64,000 nt of DNA from Takakia lepidozioides (taxonomy: Eukaryota; Plantae; Bryophyta), in contig CM060734.1 of the NCBI GenBank assembly GCA_030704615.1, forward strand, positions 20,336,001 through 20,400,000, written 5' to 3'. Below, in pieces: positions 1 through 11,700 of this stretch (within the stretch, counting starts at the first letter, position 1; each line of letters starts with the position of its first letter). Under the pieces are notes generated by a model. It saw only the letters and a list, made by a program, of their open reading frames with translations. It ran no database searches and was not told the origin of the DNA. The position numbers and the translations under genes are program-made.

Positions 1-1
1 C

Positions 2-681
2 ATGCCAACAAAACCGGAGCGAGTACAAAAAGCAAGCGGGACTGTACAACCCTTGCCGATTCCAGAGGGGACTTGGGAAAGCGTCTCGATGGATTTCATG
101 ACTGCTATGCCGCTGTCAAAAGGATTCGATGCAATCATGGTGGTGGGGGATAGGTTCAGTAAAATGGGTCATTTCATCCTCACCAAGGAGACGGCAACGG
201 CGCAGGAGACAGGGCGACTTTACTTCGCCCACGTCTTAAAGCATCATGAAGTCCCGAAGGATATTGTCTCGGACCGGGATCCAAAGTTTACGAGTAAATT
301 TTGGAGGGCACTTTGGAAGAAGATGGGGACGAGGCTGAAGATGAGCACCGCCCCGACCTACGACTGCCGGCAAACAGCAAGGTGCACCCAGTATTCCATG
401 TCTCCCTTTTGAAGCCTTACTTCAAAGATGAAGCGCGTCCGAATCGGCATCAAGTGTTGCGTCCGCCACCTATGCTGTTGGATCATGAAAATGAACCTGA
501 GTACGAGGTGGAGGCAATACTTAAGTCGAGGAGGTTCAAGAACCGAGAAATGGAGTATCTCGTCAAACGGAAGGGCTATCATCATGTGGAGGCATCTTGG
601 GTGCGTGCCTCAGAAATGAGAAACGCATCCGAGGCGGTTGCAGCTTTCGAAGGGCGACCTCAAAAGCGGAAGAAACGTTGA
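2..681 (+). pseudogene. Ty3/Gypsy chromovirus integrase (internally deleted) plus C-terminal chromodomain
   Basis: Integrase core WESVSMDF...IVSDRDPKFTSKFW..L...GT.LKMSTA in ORF 2..412. It jumps to LP..SKVHPVFHVSLLK and chromodomain EYEVEAILKSR...EYLVKRKGY...ASW in ORF 301..681. The segment carrying the third catalytic residue is missing. Confidence 0.93.
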
Positions 682-715
682 TGGGGACATCAACCTTGGA
701 GCGTGGGGGAGGAAA

Positions 716-2422
716 TGCATGCTTAGCCTGGCTTAGCTAGCTTAGGAATCCGATTACAAAAACTTGTATTGTACAAAAATTTGTTATAAAGGAAATGGGT
801 TCCAAATGTTGTGCGTCCTATTTTGTTTGGAATGGTGATGCATGGTATGGTTGGCTAGTGTGTAGAATGCATGCTAGCTTATAAAAGTGGGAGAGGTAAA
901 TTGGGTCAATCGTGTGTTTGCGTAGTGCCGAAATCGGGTGACCCCCATCCAAGGGGCAAAGAAACTTGCGACTTCTTTGGGAGTTCACGTGCTAGTGCGC
1001 ACCTGGCGCGTGCGCGTACTATAACTGCGCTACCGAGGGGGTTGCCTTGTAGTGCGGGCTAACGCGGAAGCTACGTGCTTCCGTTCACGTACTATAATCG
1101 TTTAGCCTCGGGACGAAGTCGTAGTGCGGCTTCGGCGTGTTCCCGTACCTCAGGCCAGCATTCCAAGGTGGACCCAATTGTAGTGATTGGGGCGCACGGT
1201 TGGTTCAAGGTTAACCCTTGCTCAAGGTGATGCCAAAAGCGGCATCATGAGCGATCGCAAGCAATGTTGTTGCAGTAAGGCGATTCGATCCTCGGGGGGG
1301 ATCATTCCTTGGCCTTGAAGTAGGCCAAGAAGAGTGCACTGGGAGGAGCTGGAGAGGCTCCACCCTTGGCCGGGACTTGGAGGAAGTCGGCCGAACTAGC
1401 TAGTGGAGAGTAGAGTCAAGTGTGGGGTTTGGTTCTTTGCCATGGGACGCCATGGTACGGAAACAAACTCCTTGATGTGGGACGCCACAACTTGGATGTT
1501 CGTTTCTACAAAATGGACAAGTCGATGAGGACATCGACTCCCTGTTGGTAGGGGTGTGTGTCGCGGCCCTTTGCCTTGAGGGCAGGGGGTCGGGACACAT
1601 GAGGGGCTGCCCCTATGGTGGGGGCAGCGGCAGCGATAGGTATGGGGGGGGCTGAAGCACCCTTGAGTGCCCAAGGCACTCAAGGAGGCGGAGGCGCTCA
1701 CTAGGTGGAGCCCCGCACACCGGGTTGCGGTGGGGGGTGGCTCCACAAGGGGTGGTGGTAGCTTAGCGGGACTTAGTGGGGTGGCATAGGACTCACCATG
1801 GGGGCGGAGACCTCGTGGTGGGAGTCGTGGGGAGTCTTGGGACTCATCACGGTCCAGAGGGGCCGTGGTGAGTGGGCCAAGACTCACCGCGACTCATCAC
1901 CGGGAGTCGAGGGTTTTCGTGGTGGTTCGCCATAAAATGGCATGGCTGGTTGTGAAACCCCCGCGGACAGCTACAGAAGTATATATAAGGGGGAGTAGTG
2001 ACCCCGAGAACGGTGCAAGCCCGTTGGTGACCAAAAACTAGTGAGTAAGCGAGCGAGCCGGAAAGCGACCAAAGAGTGGGGAGCTGTTCCGGACTGCCAT
2101 CTACCAAAGGAAATTCTCCTAGGCCCAAATAGGTGGAGGGTTTAGTGGGAAGCGAAGGGGGGACCGTTATGTCCCGGTGAGCAGCCGAAGCTCCAAGTTG
2201 GCCCGGGCGGCCAGGTTGGGAGTCAGGCGCGCACATCGGAGCGAGTAACTATGACTTGAAGGGGAGCTTACCGAAGTGAGGTGCGCGACACAATTGCAAA
2301 TGTTGGGGACTTGGTCATTTTCATGTAGGAAATGGTTCTCATTTCTTTTATACAAAATCGATCTGCTTTATAATATGTTCTTGAAAACTTTATATGTTAG
2401 TTCTTGTTGATCCTAGTTATCA
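716..2422 (+). mobile_element. Probable 3' LTR of the chromovirus
   Basis: Follows the stop at 681 and a purine tract GGGGGAGGAAA (705-715). Starts TG at 716, has TATATAAG near 1982, and ends TTATCA at 2422 where the sequence character changes. The partner LTR is outside the window, so the ends are unconfirmed. Confidence 0.55.
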
Positions 2423-2624
2423 TTCCTGACGTGCCGTGGCGCTGACACGTCGGCCGTCACGTCCGACGTGCGTTACGTCACGTCGAATCCGGACGTTTAC
2501 CCACGTAATGTTTTTTTTTCATTTGACTTTTACGATTTACTTCTACTCTTTGTAATGACATGGCAACCACGGTGTAAAACAGACGTGGCCAATTATTAAT
2601 ATTTATTAATTATTTTTAAAAAAT

Positions 2625-3180
2625 GAGTCCGCCTATATTGGCGGTCGCATATAATTTATTATTTTTAATAAAAGCGACCGCCCATATTGGCGGTCGATTG
2701 TAATTTACTATTTTATTAAATTAAGTGACTGCCAGTATTGGCGGTCGCCGGTAATTTTTATTTTTAAATGAAGCGACCGCCCATATTGGCGGTCGTCCAT
2801 AAATTTTTTTTAATAAAATGAAACGACCGTCGAAATTGGCGGTCGCCCGTAATTTATTTATTTATAAATGAAGCGACCGCCCAAATTGGTGGTCGTCCGT
2901 AATTTATTTATTTATAAATGAAGCGACCGCCCCTATTGGCGGTCGCCCGTAATTTATTTATTTATAAATGAAGCGACCGCCCAAATTGGTGGTCGTCCGT
3001 AATTTATTTATTTTTAAATGAAGCGACCGCCCATATTTGCGGTCACCCGTAATTTATTTATTTTTAAATGAAGCGACTGCCCATATTGGCGGTCGCCCGT
3101 AATTTATTTATTTTTAAATGAAGCGACCGCCCATATTGGTGGTCGCTTGTATTTTATTACATTTTAAAATAAGCGGTCGC
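2625..3180. repeat. Array of about 11 units, 50-bp period, each with palindrome GCGACCGCC-N6-GGCGGTCGC and an AT-rich linker
   Basis: AAGCGAC(C/T)GC recurs at 2871, 2921, 2971, 3021, 3071 and 3121, with more degenerate units from about 2625. Confidence 0.95.
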
Positions 3181-3540
3181 GTGTTTTTTTTTTCCTTAGA
3201 AATCCGGGGACCCGCCGTGTGGCGTTTTGTTTTTTATTTTTAATCATGAAGCGGTGCCTCGGCCAGCCACGTGGCGAGGTGCCTCGGGTCAGGAAAAACG
3301 AAACAAATGGGATGGGGGGAGGTGGTTTTGAACCCTTGACCTCTCCCATGTGGGTACGCATGGCAAGGTGCGACTGGCCAGTTGCGCCGCGCTGACACGT
3401 GGCGAGGCGCCACTAGCTTGTCGCGCATTTTCAAGCATAATGCCATTAATTATTATTTTTTTGGGGGGGGGTGTGTGTGGGAGGCGCCTATATAAATCAA
3501 TCCCCCTTCTTTTTCTGATTACTTTTGCCCCTCTTGTGGT

Positions 3541-4927
3541 GTGGTTCCTTGGCCTCCTGTAGTCTTTTCGGACTTCGTTGCTGCCTTGGATAGGGTGAAA
3601 GAAGTGGTAGCGGATTATTTCAAGGGTAGGGACATGATGAGGCTGGAGAGTACTTATGTTAGGCATAGATGGGAGGGGTTTCAGATTTTCCAGCAAAATA
3701 TGGAGAGGAAAATGACAAACGCTTTGGCGGGGGCTAAGTGGATGGCGGACAGGGATAAGCCAAAGTTCAATCGGTGGATCCCAAACAGGGCGAAAGACGC
3801 CACGTGGAATTTGAGGCAGCTAATGAAGACATGGAAGGGTAGAACAACCGAGGGTCGAGTGTCCTCCGCCGAAGCCGAGTTAATGCGGCGTGTTGAGTAT
3901 TGGGCTTGCTCGGCAAGTCAGAATTCACATCGCCGGACTAGGGTTGTCCCTTGGAAGGCGGGATCATCGGGAGGGGGAGGCACAACTGGTCTTTATTACC
4001 TGAACTCTAATGCGAAGGTGGTAGAGATTGGCCCTTACAAAGAATGAGGGTATGCTAAGGTCCGTCACTGTAGGATTGTTAGCGATTCTAGAATACCGGA
4101 GCGTTGGGAGCTAGTGGGAAAAAAACCCAAGTCCAAAAATCCAGAAAAGACGTTGAGACAACATAACGACGAGTGTTTGGCAGTGAAGTTCCAGCATCCG
4201 GGTGTTATATCGTATTTTGCTGTGAATGCACGTGAGGTAGAGGGTTACACTCGCTGGTGGAATGGGGGGGCAATACGCGACATGATGAACCTTGACAAAA
4301 AATGAGACAACGATTCGGACAACAGGGTGATTTTGGAGCAAAGGGGAACGGAAGCAAAGTTCCAGGAATGCGATCGCTTACTTCGTTTCCGGAAAGTACG
4401 CAGTAAACTTGCATGGGCACTAGTGTGCATCATGGATGTTGTCCACAAGAACGGTGTCCTGCACAACGACTTGTCCCCCGACAACATCTTGTTGCATTTT
4501 CCAGATGACACCGATGATATCAAGATTGGGGTGTGTGATTTAGCCACCCCATTGGGCATACGCAAAGCCGCGCCGTACCAGTTTGAAAACCAAGACAAAC
4601 TGGACCAAGAACTCGCGAAAAGATGGTGGGTGGAAAAAGATATTGCATTGGTTTTCAATGCGAATGCCACGCCCCCCCCCCCCCCCCCAGGACATGACGT
4701 CGGAGGCCTTTGCCGTTGGGAAGATAGCGGTACGAATAAATGGCGGCATTCATTATGATCAAAGTATGTTCAAGGACCAATTTACGGGAGGTTGTTGGCA
4801 TTCAATGCTACAAAGATTGTACGACAACAACAAGAATGAGAGAGTCACATTAGCCCATGTAGTACTTCGGTTCATGGGCAAACCATTCAATTGCCCTGAG
4901 CCGAAAGACGTATATAGGACGGAGTAG
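3541..4927 (+). pseudogene. Intronless protein kinase-like gene with two in-frame stops and a frameshift
   Basis: ORFs 3541..4047, 4114..4305 and 4327..~4540 share one frame, then shift to 4583..4927. Motifs: Gly-loop-like IGPYKE*GYAKVR, LVGKK lysine, QHPGVI, NGGAIRD, catalytic loop HKNGVLHNDLSPDNILL, and IGVCD at the DFG position. TATATAAA at about 3488. Confidence 0.85.
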
Positions 4928-5138
4928 ACCATAGTCTCGTAGATATGACATTTCTAGCGGTACAATGGTTCTTTTATGAAGACATAACTCAATTTTGATC
5001 GTGTATGTAATAAATAAAGTCCCATTGTAAATACTACATTGCATATGCTCGACCCTGGCACCTGTCATCGCAACATAAATGGTTTGTGTACTGGCTCACT
5101 GTTTATATTTGTAATGTTCCAAGATTTCGGATAGGATT

Positions 5139-5413
5139 ATGAGAAAACGATGTATTAGTTCCGTAGGAGTTATACAACAAACATCTCCTCTCATTCAACT
5201 GTGCGACACTACCATGAGAGGCATGGATCGGAAAGTAATAGGTGCACATGCGACCTCCGAACGTTTGATACTAGGTCTCTACTTAAACGTGCGGAGGTCG
5301 CATATACACCTATTACTTTTTTATCCATGCCACTCATGGTAGTATCGCACAGTTGAATGAGATATGGAACGTTTGTTGTCCAACTCCTATGGATCCAATA
5401 TATCATTTTCTTA
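5139..5413. repeat. Fold-back inverted repeat 1, about 130-bp arms with a short loop near 5275
   Basis: TCTCATTCAACTGTGCGAcACTACCATGAG in the left arm pairs with CTCATGGTAGTaTCGCACAGTTGAATGAGA in the right arm. ORFs 5139..5342(+) and 5209..5406(-) translate to near-identical peptides. Confidence 0.92.
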
Positions 5414-5599
5414 GTACCCTGTCAGAAACATTGAAACATTCGCAGTTACAAACAGTGCCACAATACATGGCCGGTTTTGTTGAAATGACATTTGTGAGGT
5501 TCGAGCGTATGCAATTTATTATTTACAACGAAATTTTATTTACTCGGGGGACCGATATTGCTGTTGGAGCGCAACTGATGGTGCGAGTTCTCTATTGAT

Positions 5600-6000
5600 T
5601 GGAGCTGTCACAACCAATGTTAACAATCATATTTATGGTAAGGTGTTTCATACTATTGTTGTTCCTCTAGCTGAATTCTGTAGTACTCTTTTTGCTATTC
5701 CCATGTCAACGTCCTCTAAGACTGTCATGTTCAAACGGACGTATCAGCCACCCCGACCAGCTTGCAGGCTGCAGCCATGGCCCACCATAAATTGAATGAA
5801 TTAGAGATTTTGTGCGAAATTCTTGGTTTCATGTCCGTGGTGGCTGATACGGAATTCGGAATATGGCAGTCGCAGTGGACCTGATGTTGTTGGCATAGGA
5901 GTAGCAAAAGGATTCCCAAATAATTCTGCTACATGAACATCGGCAGTATGAAACACTTTGCAGTACATATGATTCTTTGATATTGTTTGCACGGATTATT
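5600..6000. repeat. Fold-back inverted repeat 2, more diverged, centre near 5800
   Basis: 5621-5710 aligns to the reverse complement of 5885-5975 (GTGTTTCATACT / AGTATGAAACAC core). Opposite-strand translations match: NHIYGKVFHT..V.LAEF vs NHMYCKVFHT..V.VAEL. Confidence 0.8.
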
Positions 6001-6289
6001 TGTGTTTGTGCTTTCAAGTGGCGAACATTTCCGCCATGGTGCGGAAAACGTGCATTGGCCACATTAAACGGTTGATGTGATACCATTTCACAAATGTATC
6101 ACATCGCATTTGTGAAAATGTATCACATGAACCGTTCCAAATGGCCTACGGGAGTCTTCGATGGGTACGAGATCAATGTGGCCTACGAGATCTGCTTCCA
6201 CCAACAAACATGTGATCATTTTAGAAGCGCTAGAACTTTGAAGCGACGATGGGCAAGGTTCTTCATCCAGATGTTCAACATGCTGAGGT

Positions 6290-6483
6290 CTTCTATAATA
6301 TCTCTTGCTTCGTAATGAGGTGCTTCTCCAACTCTTATTTTTCCAATGTTAATATCTTCCATCTGGAACGTATCCACACATGCGTATATAACTTAAAAAA
6401 CCAAATGACCATCAAAACTGGAAGCTGGGGATGAGGCTTATAAAAATTGAGATGGTCATTTGTTTTTTAAGGATTTCTGCACA
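6290..6483. repeat. Fold-back inverted repeat 3; its right arm is split by the family A insertion and resumes at 19495-19600
   Basis: CAAATGACCATC near 6405 pairs with GATGGTCATTTG near 6451. TGTTAATATCTTCCATCTGGAAC and TGCTTCTCCA pair with GTTCCAGGTGGAGAATATTAACA and TGGAGAAGCA beyond the TSD at 19495. Confidence 0.8.
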
Positions 6484-7602
6484 TGTCGCGCGGCTTTTAC
6501 TCACCCATCCCTTCGTTATCCGAGGCGGGAACTCCAAGATAGAAGAGTTGGAAATCTCTAAGCACTCAGCCCGCTCAGAACAATCAGTCATGACCTACAG
6601 CTAGTGTATCATGGGGGTATTTCCTATTTGTTTTCCTTCCCGCATTCATGTTAGCTAGTTATCTTACTGTTGGTATTTAAGTATCAGTTTGCTTCAGCAA
6701 TCTATCGGATTTCATCAACTCATCCATTCATTCCACAGCTTCACTCAGATCTCTCTACACAGTGTGTATGAAGTATGTATCAGATTAATATCTATCAAGT
6801 ATCAGGCTGAAGCCATGGTGTCTCTATTCTGCTCTACATTACAACTCTACTTCTTGCATTCAGCAAGTATCAACAGATCGTTCTCCTCCTACTCCGTGCT
6901 CTCCCTATTTCTCCTCAGAGATGCGTTCTCCGCTTCATTTCCAAGTCGTGATTTCCCCTCCCCGAAGTCCTTCCAGAAGTGATTCCCCAAGAAGTGATCA
7001 TTTTCCAGTCCTCGCACCTGGCTTTATCTTCCTACCCGTTGTTCTAACCGTTTCCCTCACTAACCGTCATCCGTGAACTAACATGTTCCATTCGCAGATG
7101 TTGTTCCCCACAGTCGTCCCATGTCCTGTTATCCGTTCCCTATGGTCGTGACAGCTGTGTCAAGTTGTGACTGGCTGTGTGAAACTGTGATGGGCTGTGA
7201 CTGGCTGTGCGACTGTATTGGGTTGTGCCAGGCTGTATCTAGCTGTGACTGGCTGTGCAACTGTGTCGGGCTGTGATTGGTTGTGCGAAGCTGTGACGGG
7301 TGTGTCGGACTGTGACGGACTGTGACGGGCTGTGTTGAACTATGATGGCTGTGTTGGCTGTGACGGGCTGTGTTGAACTGTGATGGACTGTGTTGGCTGT
7401 GACGGACTGTATTGAACTGTGATGGCTGTGTTGGCTGTGACGGTCTGTGTCGGGCTGTGATTGGCTGTGACGGGCTGTGTAACCCCACCCTAAAGTGTGC
7501 TGCTGTCACCCCTAAGGCTCCTGTTGGTCTCAGTCTGTGCAAAAATTAAGGGTACCCCACAGATCCCGTAAAAGTGCCCAAGTCCCAGACAGTCCTCTAA
7601 CA
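6484..7602 (-). repeat. 3' LTR of A1
   Basis: Direct repeat of 18403..19494. Contains a GGCTGTGA/TCACAGCC minisatellite at about 7150-7480. Confidence 0.95.
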
Positions 7603-7620
7603 TTACCCCTTCCCCTCTCA
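7603..7620 (-). promoter_or_regulatory. Polypurine tract of A1
   Basis: Minus strand GAGAGGGGAAGGGGTAA lies immediately before the TGTTAG start of the 3' LTR. Confidence 0.9.
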
Positions 7621-7639
7621 AAAAGCCGTGTCCTCACGG

Positions 7640-10600
7640 TTTTCTGTTTGGGATTAGCAAACCTTTGTGAGCGAGCACCCTTCTAACGTTGAGAGTCTCG
7701 TGAAGGACTCTGTGTGCAAGCCCGAGGTCTGTCACAGGTTGACGGAGATGATTGAACACTACCTGGATATGTCAGTCCCTCTGGAGGCTGATATCAAGGT
7801 AATCTTTCAGGCATAGGAGACCCCCGTCGCTTCTTCTCTGCCATCTGAATTGCATAGTCCTCTGCCATGTCAAAAGAGTCCGCTGAAGAAACAGTTGTAT
7901 CAGAATCCTCATCGCCTCTCAGGTGTTTTAACGGCCGAACTTTTTGTGGAATCCTCTGGGGCATACAATGTTGTCCCACCATGTTTGGAAGTTTAAACTG
8001 CAAAACTTGCTGTAAGCCCTGAATGGCAAAATTGGTGAAGACCCTGAGCTCCTTGTCTGTCCAGGTGAGTGGGGTACCAATGACTTGTGAATTGTGCAAG
8101 TATTTCCATGCCTCATGTCCCTTAAAGAAAATATCGTCAGGGCCGAATTTCTGTGTTGACAAATTGTTCCAGGCCGCATGAAACCATGAACGAATCTGAG
8201 AATCCTTTTGCATCATAACTTTTGCCTCATATAGGTACATATGAGGTGGCACTGAAGGTAAGACCCAATGATCCCCACTGGAATAACTCAGAAAGCGCGT
8301 TTGCATCTTCTGCTGCTCAATGTGATAACGTACCAGAAAACAAGCAGCGTAGTATAACCCGCAGCCCATGACAATACTTGCTACCTCTTTGGTCTTGGTA
8401 TAAATGAATCCATGTACAACTTGGAAGGCAATTAATTCCTTCAACATGGTACTTGCCTCATGCCAGTACTGCGCAAAGTGATGATCCTCAATTGGTCGAT
8501 TGTTCGGAAGAACTTTAGTCCTAGTTGCCACTGGCAGCCAAATGCGCATGATTTGATAGTAATGTGCCAACGACTGCGGAGGACTAAATTCCTTCCAAGC
8601 CAAATCAACACAATGGGAATTTGGTTGAAGGGCATAATCATAGCCCGACTGTACTCCTGTGCAGCAGGAGTTTTAGGTGGGTTAAAAGCAGCATTCCCCC
8701 ATACCTCAGGTTGTGGTGGTTGTGATGTAGCTGTAGTAACAACAGGGTCAACTACTGGCACAGTGACTTGTTGTGGTGTTGGTGGCACTGGCTCTTGTAC
8801 CATTGGCATCTCCTGCACCCCCTGCGAAGAAGACTGAAAAGCCAAAGTTCTGGCTTGTAAATAAGAAGCCATCAGCTGTTCCTCAGGTACAAAGACTCTT
8901 TTGTCGATATTTGAAGTGAGGTCCTCCACCTGAGTCTGCAGGCCGTCTACATCCTCCTGTAACTCCGCTATCCTACTATAGACATTGTCTATAGTAGTTG
9001 TGGCAATGTTCTGCACTTGCAGTCTGAGCTCATTCATCTCGCTTTGGGTGAGCTTTCGTGGTGCTTTGCCCTCCATCGGCCCTTGTGCTAACCAGACCTG
9101 CATAAGGTGGTTATCCACCAAGTTGCTTGTGGCACCCCTGAGAGTCTGCTCCTCTGTGAGCCTGTACACATCTATCTACTGCTATAAAGCCTCCATGCGC
9201 TTCGCACGAGGTTCAACCAAACTCGCATAGGCAGCAGCTAGATTATTGGCTTCTTTCCAAGCCTTGTTAGCCACAGAGAGTTCATTTCTATTTACCATGA
9301 GCGTTTGTTGCAACTCCAGGATGTACCTCTCTTGGTCAGCTTCAACCTACCTGTATTGCTTGAAAGTATTCTCATTGCGACAGATTGTATTCTTCATATC
9401 GACAATGAGTTTCGCTTGCTCGACATTCTCTGCCTCTGCCTTCGTACATCTTTCCGCTTGACTGTTAATTTCTATTGTAGCTTGGTCAAGCGTAGTTGTG
9501 AGTTGTGAGTGTAGCACATTGTATGGCCATCCTGTCATGCACTGTCTGCAACTCCGTATGTAGTGCATTCACTTCTTGCAACTTGCTTTCATGCTTCACC
9601 TGCATTTGGTATAGCTGTTGCTTATGTGCTTCGTGCAATTGGTCTTGCGCGAGGCCTGCCTCAATCAATTGTTCCTTGGCCAATTGCAAAGCAGCTTTTG
9701 TACTCTCTAAGTCTTGCTGTATCTTGAGAGTGACTTCCTCATCGACCTTGTTTGCACACTCAGTGGCAAGTCGAGCCTCAAACTCCTTCCTGAGTTCCTC
9801 CCTCAAAGCTGCCAATTGGGTAGTTGGAACATGGGATTTGACATAAGTGCCCAACAAATTAAGTGTCCTCCTTATAGAACTCATAAGCATGGCCTGTTGA
9901 GGGTCATCATGGTGAGCTTGCTGTTGTTCTCCCTGATCCTCAACAGTGTGATGTCTCACGAACCATTCAGGCCATTGCCCCACCAGATTTTCTTCCTGAA
10001 CCACTTCATCCGTCACAGGTGCTGCAGTGTCTTGACATTCTACCTGTGGTACCTCCGTCACAGGTGTGTATATTATATGCACAGCAGGGTTTCCCCTGGA
10101 CAACCGCTGTACCTTTGTAATCATTGTTTCCCTGACCAAACCAGAATTTTCATAGAGAAGGTCCCCCTTCTCAATTTCTGCCACCACCTGTTCTGTAGTG
10201 GGGATATCTAACCCTTCTTTCTCGTAATCTTTTCATCTCCTCTACCAGTGCGTTGTACATTATGTCCGCCCATGCTACCTCTTCTCCTCTCAGGGCTTTG
10301 AGTATTTCCTCTGTGAAGGATCTGCTCAAATACTGTTGGTTCTGTTTCATGGCAAACTGAACGTTCAATACCTGGCCTACCTCCCTTAGCCCTGGATAGA
10401 CGGCCTTGGTACAAGCATAACCCTGAGTTTTAAAGAAACTCCCTTCTTGGAATAAGTCCCCTATTTGTAGTCTTGCCATGTGCTCCTCCACATGCACCTG
10501 ACCTGATGGCAATTCAAACAATTGCTGTAGGTATAGGGGAGTAATTTCTAATTCAACTCCCTTCACCATTGTTGCTCCTGTCCTAGGCTCAAAGTTCTGC

Positions 10601-11400
10601 AAGAATTGTAACATATACTGCCTATGGTGCAATGTCCAATCTTTGCTTTGCAATCCTTCTAATCGCAGCTCCTTCAGTAACTGTACCGCCTGTGGAGTAG
10701 CAATCGTTTGTTTCTGCAAGATTGTGGTGCTCTTCACCCTGATTTCTTCCATTCCTCTCACTCTCTTCATTCTAGACCCACAGAAAGGGCTGTAACAATT
10801 GAAGAAATGTCTTCAGGGCACAAAGCATAAACGTATGGTTGCCACAAAATGCTATGGGTAATTTCTTGTAAGCCTGCGGGGCTTGCAAGCATCGATTAAG
10901 AGAAAAGATACTCTCTGTTCTTTTATCCACGTGCCACTGCGTAAGTAGTATCGTGAGCGTATAGTCTGTTAGTTCCTCCATAGCTTCAAAGCTATAGCAT
11001 TGATGGTCTGTCCCGTCGTGACGCCCGTTACTTGGAACGACGCCGACTCTTGCGCTTAAAATTCCTCCATTTTGATTCTGCTTCTGGCTTTTGATTGGCT
11101 GTAACTGCTGTGACTGGATTTTAGATTTCATTTCCTTCCATGGATTTTCCACTCTGGACTGTCCACTAGGATAGCACATGTGACATGGATTTCGCTTTTC
11201 GTACTTTTTTAAGGGTTCCGTTACCCTTTCCCCGTATGCATTAATGGGCCCATAATAAGTTAATGTGCCGGGTAGGTACTTTGACGGCCAATTTTGTCTT
11301 TTTCCTTGATGACAGTCGTTCTTGCAATCCATGTCCGGCTGTGTGTCTCGCCCTGGCGTCCACGTGTCCATTTCTACACGTGCCTTCGTCCACTTTTCCG
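7640..11400 (-). pseudogene. Long extra sense ORF downstream of pol in A1, fragmented: Zn-knuckle-like, plant-transposon-like domain, coiled coil, conserved C-terminal domain
   Basis: ORF pieces 10772..11530, 10171..10770, 9486..10187, 9347..9568, 8441..9169 and 7794..8603 are collinear with and similar to 55973..60246 in copy A2. Confidence 0.8.
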
Positions 11401-11459
11401 CTGGCCACTCTCCGGATGTTAACCCATGTCCACCTGTCACTGATCCTATGGATTGTGTA

Positions 11460-11700
11460 ACCCTAGTAGGCTGTGTTGTGCTGTGACAGGCTGTGTCATA
11501 CTGTGGTACGCTGAGATAGGCTGTGTGCATTGTGGTAAGCTGTGATATGACACGCTGTGGGGCTGTGATAGGCTGTGTTGCGCCATGCTGGGCTGTGATA
11601 TGTTGTGCGCCGTGCTGGGCTGTGATAGGCTGTGTCGCGCCGTGCTGTGATAGGCTGTGTTGCCCCTTGATGGGCTGTGATAGGCTGTGTCACGCCTATA
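11460..11700. repeat. GGCTGTGATA minisatellite between pol and the extra ORF
   Basis: Repeated GGGCTGTGATAGGCTGTG units. The equivalent block in A2 is at 54485-54660. Confidence 0.85.

Noticed and set aside
2625-3180. CRISPR-like array of palindromic repeats (also 28.1-30.9 and 34.6-36.2 kb)
   Set aside because: The linkers are near-identical low-complexity AT tracts, not unique spacers. There are no cas genes and the context is eukaryotic TE.
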